The notes beneath the pieces were generated by a model. That model had not been told where the DNA came from. It worked only from the letters and a program-made list of their open reading frames with translations, and made no database searches. From Bugula neritina (lineage: Eukaryota; Animalia; Bryozoa), in assembly GCA_964035545.1 (NCBI GenBank), contig OZ037766.1, positions 1,364,001 through 1,428,000 of the forward strand: a stretch of DNA of 64,000 bases, written 5' to 3'. This document shows, piece after piece, positions 52,601 through 63,883 of the stretch (positions are counted from its first letter, which is position 1; each line of letters starts with the position of its first letter). A program made the translations under genes and the position numbers.

Positions 52601-55600
52601 GAACTCTGGTATACGCAAGCAGGTCTTTTATCTCAGGGAAGGTCTGTACAGGATATAAAACGGTTTTGAAAGCGGAACATTACAATACCTTACCAACCTG
52701 TACATAGATCAAAGTAGAAAAACTCTGCTTTGTTGTCACCTGCACGATGTTTTAGCAATAGTTTACTATAAAATACGAGATAATTTGAGGTTTAATTACT
52801 TCCACATTTATAATCAACAAATGGTCTTGCTACAGCCTTGATTCATTGCCAACATTTTGAGCTATGTTTCATTTAATTTATTTTTATATAACTACGAGTA
52901 GCTAAAAATTTCTTGTTGGCTATTAATAAATTTGATGATTAAAGCAGTCATGTAAGTAGAATAAAATATATTGCATAAAAAAAATAGCGTGTCACTGGGG
53001 GTGGATGAGCCCCTATTCACAACATTAGCAGACCAACCTGATTCAAATGTCTAAGGCTTTTAGGTCAAGGTTAACTTGTGTAGTGTAGACTAAGCTCTTA
53101 GTAAGCTCACTGTTTAGTCCCTCTCTTTCTAAGCTTAGCTCAGTAGTGTCAAAGAGATATCCAGGCTGGTTATGTAAGAGTGACGTACAATATTTACTTC
53201 ATGAACTGCATTCTATTCTACATCAAGACAATAATTACTACAGCTCCACTCTCAGCCTCTTTAACTACCCTTTATTTAGTGGTACTGGAACAGCCTGAAG
53301 TCCTCAATACTAGCGTGACGGTGGACAGTCTATCCCTGCAAGTACAGCTGAGCCAGTATGAGGTCTACAGCGAAGGTGAAGGTCACGAGGGCTACGTAGA
53401 GTATGACGCCATGGAGAACGGAGTCAGATACAGGGTGTCTACTTATGCCACCCACGGACTAGCTCAGCCGGTGAGTGAAGAGTAGCTAGTTTATACAATC
53501 GTAGGATTATTTTATCCTATTAAAAGATCTGTTGCATGTCATCCTATACTGCAACAATAAATGCTGTGCTCATCTATAGATTTTTCTCACTCAGTACACT
53601 GATATATATTTACGTTTAGATTTATTTATATCTCTCTCATAAATGGTAAGATCATTCTGTTTAAACTCTGTTATATGACATTCTTTGACTCAGGCAGCTT
53701 ATATATGTTATATTAGTCTAAAGGCTTTACTGCTCAGTATTAAAATATATTATGATCACATAAAATAGAATTAATGAAGATTTCAAAAGTGATTTATAAA
53801 AGTGCGTTTTGAAACATGCAAAAGGATTAAACAGTTAAACTAAACTACGCCAGAAATTGTTGGGTAGCAGAAAGTCATTATAATATAAAAGGCATGTCTG
53901 TTACTAGTTCTAACACTAAAGTTATGTACCAATACTTTACAGGAAGTGAGAATATATACTAACAAAGGACCAAGGGACTGGATATACATCTCAGACCTGG
54001 AACCCTTCACCACATACGATATCAGCGTCACTAATCAGTTGAACAACACCGTGAATACAGACATCTGGAGCCAGTCTACCAACCTAACTCTGTCTACTAA
54101 AGGTATGGTTGCTATCAATACATTCCTTGCACAAGTTACAGTGCCGTACTCAGTTGTACTTCGCAATGAATCAACTATCCTTTGTAGATTTGGCAAGTTT
54201 TATACTGAGTTGATATTTTATGTTGCATAACAGTTGTTTTGACTGATTTAATGATACATATTATATTATGTTTTATTTATAATGTAGTATAGTACATATA
54301 CATTGCATATATAATATAACGCAGTTCTATACTGTTTCAGCTCCACCATCCCTTCCCTCCTTCTCCATTCAGAGAGACACCAAATGTCAATATGGAAGAC
54401 AGGCTCAACTCTACTGGAAGGTAAAACTCTAAAACTGCTATCAACTTGATTGAACTTCACTCAAGCAGTCTGCAGGTGTACTATATTCACCTGCAACTTG
54501 TAACTTAGAAATACTGTTCACAAATTTATAATATAATATGTTGAAACTATCTCCCCTCACGATAACATACATTTTAGTATTGAGGAATATGTCTTGCATC
54601 CTACTAAGCTTTCTTGTCATGTGTAGCTAGTTGATAGGCTATGTAAAGGCTGCCACACTGCATGCAACACTGCAGGGCAATCTTTGACTTTTCAGACTTT
54701 GTGCTCTCGACTTTTGTTATCATTCATTCAGAGACAAAACTAGATTACTGAATGAGTGGACAACCCTTTACTCACACCTTGTACTTTTTATCTGCCACTA
54801 AATTAAAATTTAGGTAATATCAGTGTAATTGTTGCAAAAATATTGTTTTCTGAAGCTAAATTTAGATCAAAAGGCTGATAAAACCAAAAGTAGTTGCACC
54901 CTTCAGTGCACTGAGCTAAACTCAAACAGGTGTACTTATTGATAGCCAACTGGTGACTATTTTTAGTCATCAAAACAACTCAGTAATGACTTTTAGATGA
55001 GAAAACTGGACTGTGGTCACTAGACAGCAAAACATCTGTCTGATGAAGAGACTTTATATAATCACATATCAAGTAGTATTTTCTTTTTCACAGCACCTGG
55101 GAGAAGTAAACACAACATCAGTAGAGTTCTACCAAGTACACATAGGGAATGGGACGGCTCAGCAGTCGACCCCTAACAAGGTTAGTCTTAGAGTATTATC
55201 TTAGTCTATACAGTTCAATGCAGATTATTATAGTAAACAAGGCTACTCTTGCACAGTGTGGTGATAAGCTAAGATGGAGTCTGCTCAAATCATAACTATC
55301 AGCAAGTTTCTTGGAGAATTGAATGTGAATTCTCACTATCTTTATCCAAAAATTGTTGGTGTAAATAAAACTGTAAACTGCAGCAATTGTTTAAGAATTA
55401 ATTAGGCATTCCAGGTATAACAGCAATATAATATAATATAAATAGAACATATAGGCCTAATACAATATATTATAATGTGCAACTTCGTGATTCCAACAGC
55501 TACCTGAAGGATCTAGAAGTGTGGAGTTGTGCATCTCTAACTCTTCTGAAGAACTTACAGTGATGCCATTCAAGATGGACAACGCAACACTTCCTGTTTA

Positions 55601-58600
55601 CAAGTACTACATTCCTTCTGCAGAAAACGGTATAGCAGTAGCTTTTCTAGTAGACACTAAGAATACTGAGTAACTGTTAGTTTCTACTAGTTGCTATGAA
55701 TCACGAGCAATTCATAGTGATTCATATCATATACGAGTCATATGTACTATAACTAGTAGTACCTACAGTTTAAACTCTCTATGACGCACATAGACACTAT
55801 GGTTTATACTGTCTATGACTCACATATACACTATGGTTCATACCGTCTATGAGTCATATAGACACTACAGTTCATACTGTCTATGAGTCATAAATAGTAT
55901 GGTTTATGGTGTCTTTCAGTCATAGTACAATGGTGCACAATCTTTTGTTGATAAACTTTGAGTGTTTTACATTAAATCAAGTGCAGTAAAGTTATTCTAT
56001 TTCTCTAAACAAGTTTTAATGTTAAATAATATTAGCATATTATTGCAGCTTTTCACATAGCAAAGTCTAATATTCTTACCTATAATCAGAATTCCAAGTT
56101 ATTGGTTAGGGAGGCTTAGAAGCTTAAGGTATTCTCAGATTGGGGAATACATGCTTCGCCTAAGGCTATGATATCCTTGTCTGCCCCTTTTAACTTTTAG
56201 CGTTGTGAGTTGACTGCCAACTGACCGTCTGTCATGCTTTGAGGTGGCGAAATTAATTATTAATTAATATTATTTATTTATCAAACAGAAAAAAGTCCAC
56301 TATCTGGTTATATAATGCATAGTTATATTATATTTTAGAAAGTTTGTCAGAAATAAATGAAGTGTAACAGCTACTTTTGAAATACTTGCTAACTAATATG
56401 AATTTAGTATTCTTGGTCCACATTAATATACTTTGCATTAATTTTTGAAACAGCTCAACACTCAAAGGAATTCCTGCTTTAACTAAGCAAGGTCAAGATA
56501 ACTAGGTCAGTTGATGAATAGATATATAGGTCACGTGATGTCGGCACAATGTCATCAGTCTCTGCATTGTTTCAGTGTTAGAGTTGAGAGAATGTGACAT
56601 CTTGGTGGAGTACTTGAAGTCTTCAGATGAAATATCAGTCAGTTGGTCTCTACACACCAGAAGTTACAACTACACAGTGTTCTGGTGTAACACTGACTTT
56701 GGAGATCAGTGTGTGAAGCAGGTAGGTGTCTAGCCTCAGTTTTATAGCCTTAGTTTTAGGTTTATACTGTGAAATTATTTTTTCTACATCTTGTTTAAAT
56801 TAATGGCTCTTTGGTAGCCCAAAGTGAAGATTTCCAATTACTATATGTTATTATTTTGATCAGATTTTATGAAAATAATGTGTGCACCTGTTTCTATAGC
56901 AACAGGTCGAGTGTACATGTTTTTCTGTGCCCATGGTGTAATCTTCATGTTTATCTGTTTCCATGGTAACAGGTAGAATGGCGGTCAGTTGAATCAGCAG
57001 ACAACAAAGTGAAGTTTCAATCCGGTGGTAACTTTCTGAGATACAAGTTTGGAGTGAGTCTGAATGATGAGATGATGAGGTCTTCTGGGATTGTTTGGCA
57101 TAACTGTATAAATTACTTAGATAGAGGTGAGACGGTCTGTACAAGTAGAAATGTATGAATCACTTGGATAGCGGTGAAACGGTCTGTACAAGTAGAAATG
57201 TATGAATCACTTGGATAGCGGTGAGACGGTCTGTATAAGCAGAAATAAATTCAATGTAACATATCATGATCAGCATTAAATATTTTCTTTGCTATAAAAC
57301 GTGAAACACTGATGTATGCTTCATATTTGTTTAGTAACCAGCTGAACATTAGATTTTGGTGAAAGACCTAAAATATTCTGTTCGCCAGGCCATCTTCAGC
57401 TAAGCTAGATCAATACGTTGCGTTGCGTACAATCACCATGGGAATGCTGTAGTCAGTGTCATTAGGGTAATAGCATATGCCCAAGTATATGTAGAAGGGT
57501 ACTTGAGATGCAAATAAATACTTTGTGGTTTAGTAATTATTACTTTTAACAGCACTGCGTTTTATGCTTTTATATCATTATACTATACCACTTGTATATT
57601 ATTTAGAATGAGTAATATAATTTCGAGTGACATGTGCATTATACTCATTACCATACACATCAATTTGTGTATTATGCCATACTATATATCATATTATACT
57701 ATACTGTACTCATACTATAATTCATGTATTCTATTTCAGAATTAGTTACACCGATGATACACGTGTCTCTGTTTGACCTTGAGGCCACCGTCACCATAAA
57801 GGATAGCTGTGTGAAGAACACAAGGAGGGCTGAGTATTACTCAGTCTTATCCTGTATTTATGATGTCAAGAAGGAGCTCTGCATATCAGAAGGTATAGCC
57901 TTAGAGGTTCATATTTAGATATATATGATGTAGGAGGACACAACTATGATAATTTGACTGTGGGCAAAGAGCAAAAGCTATTTAGTTCTCTATGCATGCA
58001 CATCAAGCAAAACATCAAAATGTTTTTTTTAAATTAGACAACTTTCTCACCTCATAACATCTTTTGAAATTAAAGTATGAATGTTACAAAAGCTTTTATC
58101 ACATTAGTTAGTAGCTGAACAAAGTCTTTTCCTAAAGGTACATCTAGTTTTGCAAATTTTAATCAAGAAAACAAAATCACATTTATAAAGTGTCATTGAA
58201 AGTTTTAAAATCAAATACACGATGTATGACCATTAATCCTGATGTATACTAAAAGTACATACAACAAAAGTATGAAATACAGGGTTTGAGATGCGACCAC
58301 ATTAAACTCTATAAATTTATGTTTTCTTTATGACTTAGACATTCTAAGTTTGTTATGCCTTAAGACAAAGTAGGCTATTTTTAGTAACGTAAGAAGTTAT
58401 TTTTAGTAACACAAGAAGTTATTCTTAGTAACACAAGAAGTTATTTTTAGTAACACAGTTAGCTTATAGATACTTTTAGTAAAAGTTTAGTCAATCTCCT
58501 TTTAGAACATAAGGCTGTCCTCCAACCCTGTCACATGCAGACTACCATTCAACTGACACGATACGCTCAAAACTATGCATTCTGGGTAGTCTCACATGCA

Positions 58601-61017
58601 GGCAACATGGCTGCTAAGTCCAAGGTTATCATAGAGAACATAAACGGTAAAGGTTAGCAAGTTATTTTACATGTATTTTTAAGATTTTTCAACTCTGTTA
58701 TATGTATATTTGCTTTTCAAAATTAGTACACAAGGCAAACTATGTTTAACAGGTCACTTAATATTTTATGACAACTTAAACAACAAAAATACAGCGAGCT
58801 TTTAGCTATCATTCAGCTTTATAAGGGTGATCCCTGTTTATACAGCTGCTTTATTCTCACTCAGCACTGTTATGGGTATTTGGTTCTCTACTAAAGTTTT
58901 ATCAATGCAAAATTTCATACATTTCTGTTGCATTTCTTCAAGACATTTTCAATTTCCTGTGGAGCTTCTTGCTACCAGAGCAACTCATATTTCAGTTGAT
59001 GTGTGTTCGGGGTGCGGTATACTCGCGCTTGTGCAGCGTAAAAACTTGTAGTCTGAATGTGTACTTAATGCAGGTAGTTATAGTCTGGTTCTGTATCTAA
59101 TGCAGGTAGAAGTTGGTTGGGTCTCCTGTTTATTATACCTGCAGCAGTGACAATGGTACTAATTATCCTCTACATTGCTAAATGCTTACGGTAAGTGCTT
59201 ATGTTGCAATACACCTATTTTATAGTAAATATAACTTACCTCTATTTTTACCACTTCTCTAAAACAAGTCACCAGTGAGGTTGAAAATTTAAACAGCTTT
59301 AATTTGGCCTAGAGAAAAATAATTACAACCAGTTTAATTTAAAAATATGTTTAATTTCTAATACGTTGAAGGTTTTGTGTTTTAAATTTTTAGACAATGG
59401 TAACTGTTAATGGTTGAATTTTAGATGTTAGGCTCATTAAATGATAAGTTAAAAAATTTCTAAGAATATAGCTTTAGAAGCAAAATAAACAAGTAGCAAG
59501 TTATAGTAAATTACGGCTTGACTCAAAGTGCACACAACTCCGTTTGATATTTGCTTGCTGCAAATGTGATGTTAGAGTAACCATCTAAAATACAATTTTT
59601 TTATGGTTCTCAGAAGTATTTACTTCTTATTCTTATTGTATAACTTATTGATTATGTGTGTGTGTTGCATGTGCGTGTGTGTGTGCGTGCGCGTGCGCGT
59701 GCGCGTGCATGTGCGTGTGTGCGTGCTAATCATTTTATAGTTTCTTGGAAGAAGCATGAGAGGACAACATGAATTGAAAATTGCGGCTATAACTAAAACA
59801 GTTTTCATCTTCACATTTGATATGTGCTTTTAGTCAGCGCCAAATAGTGAAAAGATTGACGACTCCCATGCTTGTTCAGCCTACAGATCTTCTGATGGAA
59901 AAGATGGACATGAGTGAAGACAACTCTAAATTTCATGAATATGATGAATTTGACCCTCTGAATGGAGAGGTAATAGCTGTGATGTCACAAAATTTAATAC
60001 TTTTCGTTATTAAAGAAAAATTTCAATTGATGAACCAACACTATATTATTCAGCGACTGTTTATGGTTACAGTGTAGATGTTGCCAAGCAAGAGTAATAT
60101 GACTTAAGAGAATTTAAAAAAAATCATGTTTATTAAATCATCAAAACCAGTTGTAGAAAGTTTCAAAATTCATAAATTTTCACATAAAATTTGCTTAATG
60201 GAAACTTTGTCGCTTCACTTGCTTAGAATGGCTTGACATTTTATTGCTGTATATAAAACTAAAACTAAAACTGAATGAATTATACAAATTTTTAACTATT
60301 TTTTTCAATGATTGTTTTATCAATTTTATTAATTTTAGTCAGTGTATATAATATTTTGATAACTATTCCAATGATAAAATGTGTCTTTTTGCAAAAAGTA
60401 TTTAGATTTGTTAAAATTTTGGCTTTCTTTATTTAAAAAAAACTGTATACATTGCGCAAAGTTTAATTTTTTTGTAGATTGTATTTACCGAAATCTCTCT
60501 GAAAAGAGATGAATCCAAACATAACTTAGAAGATACTGGAAGTCAGTGCAATGACCTTGACTGCTATGCACCTGCAGCATCTTCGGAGTCGTATTTGCCG
60601 TTGTATTCTGACAAAGTCAAGGTCAAATTGGCAGATGGTAACGACTGCAATTACAGTATGAGCTCTATCAACAGCTACTTTAAATGTGTTGCAGTTGAAA
60701 GCACGGACGTCTCATGTGAGGAGTTGAATTACTTGCCAAATGTAGCTTTAGATCAACACTTAAGCTTAGAAAATATAGCCACAGGTGTTTCTTCCACCCC
60801 TACGGGTGCAATCATTGACTTAGATAAATTTCTATATTATGGAAGAGACAACTCAAAAGAAATAATTGACACGTGTCTAAATAATGAATGTCAGGAAATT
60901 TTGGAAAGCGGTAAGGGTGTAGAGAGCACGTTCTCAGTAAACAACAGTAGTGATTGTAGAGACTCTGGTTATCTGGATGTTCAACACAGTGTGACATCTG
61001 TACTCACTATTACATGA
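49620..61017 (+). CDS. Type I cytokine receptor-like protein C (Domeless-like, no Ig): SP-CHR-3xFnIII-TM-cytoplasmic tail, ~820 aa
   Basis: 15 phase-consistent exons: 49620-49701, 50107-50248, 51423-51658 (AAG acceptor), 53280-53470, 53943-54102, 54341-54420, 55094-55180, 55500-55629, 56576-56721, 56973-57126, 57740-57892, 58506-58646, 59106-59190 (TM WLGLLFIIPAAVTMVLIILYIA), 59834-59969, 60478-61017; total 2463 nt. SP MDTATRRGGYMNHLLLLSLLVFSASST; DLEPFTTY...DIWS; AQLYWK; YTVFWC; SSGIVWHNC; TPMLVQP; tail ends DSGYLDVQHSVTSVLTIT. Confidence 0.85.
50249..50560. repeat. 23-bp minisatellite beginning with the donor GTAAGT, ~13 copies
   Basis: gtaagtgtaaaatataggtcaat units start at the first base of the intron. 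Confidence 0.9.
51126..51395. repeat. 23-bp minisatellite (tactatattatgtaatgtattag), ~11 copies
   Basis: Near-perfect tandem repeats ending about 25 bp before the acceptor at 51422. Confidence 0.93.
55775..55925. repeat. ~33-bp degenerate minisatellite
   Basis: Units of the form ctatgactcacatatacactatggttcatactgt. Confidence 0.75.
57105..57245. repeat. 47-bp tandem repeat duplicating an exon end and splice donor (3 copies)
   Basis: aatcacttggatagcgGTGAgacggtctgtacaagtagaaatgtatg; a related 2-copy version lies at 43545-43630. Confidence 0.85.
58375..58458. repeat. 22-bp minisatellite (gttatttttagtaacacaagaa)
   Basis: About 4 tandem copies. Confidence 0.8.
59655..59725. repeat. (TG)n/(GC)n alternating purine-pyrimidine microsatellite
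   Basis: tgtgtgtg...gcgtgcgcgtgcgcgt. Confidence 0.85.
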
Positions 61018-61277
61018 ATTGTTGGAATTACTCTTTATCACAAGAGAAAAGCTCAAACTGCAAGCCAACTCATTTAACACTAAAGTCTGTTGAATTACAT
61101 ATAAACTATTAGTTTATTGTCTGTGAGAAAATTTAAAATATTAGTATGGTTTTACGTTATAGCCTTCATTGGGCTAGATCACCATGTGCTCAGGCTTATA
61201 AATATTTATTAACAAGACACAGTCAACTATTGATTTTGTATTTGTTACGACAATGTTTCACTTCAAGAACCCGAGAA

Positions 61278-61420
61278 GGGGTTAGCAGCGTCGAGAAGGA
61301 GGGGAGGGATAGCAGTGTCCGGGGAGGAGGGGAGGGGTAACAGTGTCCGGGGAGGGGTAGCAGTGTCCGGGGAGGAGGGGAGGGGTAACAGTGTCTGGGG
61401 AGGGAGGGGGGAAGGAGGAG
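61278..61420. repeat. G-rich tandem repeat (cagtgtccggggaggaggggaggggtaa), potential G-quadruplex
   Basis: More than 10 runs of 3 or more G within about 140 bp, downstream of the receptor C stop. Confidence 0.75.
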
Positions 61421-63190
61421 CGCCGGCCAACATTAGGACTAATTAAAAAAACAGGCAATGATAATGTGTTGAGAATATATTTGCAAAATCCACTAACAAA
61501 TGGCCAAATCCTAATCTATGAACTTTCATATCCAAGGGAAAACAACTCCTATTTATACTGACAGCTTGTATCAAATTTATTGAACTGAATATTCGGACTC
61601 AAGTCAGATAATAATCAGTCAATTGATTTTATCAGTCAACATTATCGATAAGAAATAAATGACCGGCTGACAGACTAAAACTCATATTACGAGGAGTTGT
61701 TGGCTGCTGATTGGTTAACCTGCCGCTCGGTGGTGGTGCAGTCAAATTGAGACACTCTTCAGGCTTGTTTACTCGCAGCTAGACCAAAGAGTACTAACAA
61801 AAATCTAGGGGCATGGTATCATTTTCTCATTGGGTTATTTATAAAATAATTATATTGTGTAATTATAAACTTAGCAATAAACTTACGGTATATTATTCTG
61901 TTTCAACTGCTACCACCTTATCCCATACTAGATTGACATTCGCAAGGGGTGAGATGATGCAGTATGGAGATGCAATCACAAAAATGGAATAAATGAGATT
62001 TTATAAATAAGCATTTCACTAAAGTCATGTCTGTTGATCAGCAATTGCATGGTGATCGCTCACATTGGACCTGTGCTAATCAGACTACAAATATATTTAT
62101 ATCACAGAAGTCCTCCCCTCCCCAATTTTACTAAACAACACTGTTAATTCCTAACACTTGTCCATGTGTCATGTAACTCTTCAAATTACCTGAGCTAACT
62201 CGGGTAATAAACCCACAGGTAACAATTTGGAGTTATGTGCACTTTTTTATTATTCCCAACGGTAGGTATATCCATTCTAGGAATAAAATTTAGCTCGTCT
62301 TAAATTTAAATTATTTTCAGTTTATGAGACTCAGTAGCCTGACGGGATTCAGTGAAACTTATCCAATCAACAAAATTTGATGAGAGTCAAGGAGTATTGA
62401 ATCACTCAACAAATACAATGAGCTGGTGGTGCTAGTTTAGATATAATAAGACTGAGCAAGGTACAAGTCAATGAGATGCAGAAAATTCGTCTATGACGTA
62501 ATGTGAAGTTACTTGATACTGCAAGTGATGATAACTCCAAGTTATACATTAAACTACTTAGATTCTCTAGTGCAGACAGGAAAGAGTTTTTTATTTAATT
62601 GGATTTTATTATTTAATAAAAATCAACACAAATAAGTACGAAAAGATACAAAGGGTACTAATCAGTGCGCTAGTAATGATTAATTAACAAAGCTCAGGTT
62701 CTAGCTTACATTATTGAGTGGACAAGTGGGGGGTATTGGTAAGTATAGCACCAAAATGTGAGTAACACCATGTAGAACAAAAGCCTCGGTAAAAATAATA
62801 AAGCCAGTACAAAATGGTTGATTTAGAAATGGAAGCCAAATGCTAAATACTGTTAGAATAACTTTTTGATTGAAAAGGAAGCCCAGCAAAAAAATCAACA
62901 CGCAAATCAGAGTGAAACTTGCCATCTCAAAATCATGAACTTTCAATCAATATCAGGAAGGTGTGTGCAAGTTTAGAAATGTAAAGCTTTAAATAGTATT
63001 ATATACAGTGTAGTATTTTGGTACACTTATAGTACAATGTACATAAAGCAGTTTATTGAATCAATCTGAATCTATGGAAGACAGAAGTGTATAGTACAGA
63101 TGAGAGGCGAGAGAAAGCAGAGAGCCAGGGAGGATAGTAACAGCACAGTAACCACGGAGATGTGTGACACCATTTCCTGTAGGCAGGCCT

Positions 63191-63883
63191 TTACACAATC
63201 TCCTCGAGGGCGTCTTCGTATTCATCATTGCTTCTAATAAGAGAGAACAATCACACCATACATGCATGTGTCACCAACAGTAAGTTATATAAGAGAATCT
63301 ATTACATAATATATTACACAACTATTGTGTGTATAGTACCAGTAATATATTACTCACTCAGTGTCTTCAGATGTAATCGGTGGGCTGAGAGTTTGTTTGA
63401 GAAAAACTACAATTACTGTGATGTTATCAGTACTGCCTTCATTCTTAGCAGCACGAACGAGAACCTCAGCTACACCTATAGCAAGAATAGCAATGTGAAA
63501 CTGCACCAATAATATAGGAGATACAAAGTGAAACTACACCAATAATATAGGAGATACAAAGTGAAACCACACCAATAATATAGAAAACACAAATACGTGA
63601 ACTTATCACCAACAAGATGAATGGATACCCAATAAAAAGTATAGTTAGTTTAGCTAGCCAAGATAGTAGCAGTTGGCCAATCAGAAGCCGACAAGTCACG
63701 AGTACCTACTCTGAAAAGGCTTGCCGGACTGCACGTGCTCGTAGACGAGTTGCGTTGCTTCCTGTGGACTTACGGTGTCCCACAATCCATCACAAGCCAC
63801 GATAACATACTCATCGTCTTGATCTAGAGGGTGGGTCTTAGAGTCAGCCTTACTGCTGATGTATGGTTTGTGGTCAACATCAC
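63191..63883 (-). CDS. PP2C-family protein phosphatase, PPM1E/PPM1F-like (5'-partial; last 3 exons)
   Basis: Minus-strand exons 63883-63710, 63475-63358, 63233-63191 (absent from the ORF track) splice in frame: GDVDHKPYISSKADSKTHPLDQDDEYVIVACDGLWDTVSPQEATQLVYEHVQSGKPFQ|SVAEVLVRAAKNEGSTDNITVIVVFLKQTLSPPITSEDT|ESNDEYEDALEEIV*. GD..KPY, ACDGLWD and GSxDNITVIVV are PP2C catalytic motifs; GDxxHKPYIxxxAD resembles PPM1E/F. Confidence 0.9.
63494..63590. repeat. 33-bp minisatellite in a PP2C intron
   Basis: gtgaaactacaccaataatataggagatacaaa three times, next to the minus-strand acceptor at 63476. Confidence 0.8.

Noticed and set aside
10230-61017. Receptor tyrosine phosphatase/kinase or Dscam/Robo-type adhesion molecule
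   Set aside because: The tails are short and low-complexity with no catalytic domain, and the FnIII and Cys motifs fit gp130/Dome-type receptors better.
31400-61017. B and C as an assembly haplotype duplication
   Set aside because: Most exons and nearly all intron sequence are highly diverged and the architectures differ; identity is limited to short blocks.
62701-62946. Hydrophobic 81-aa minus-strand ORF
   Set aside because: Lies in the probable 3' UTR of the PP2C gene; compositional artefact.
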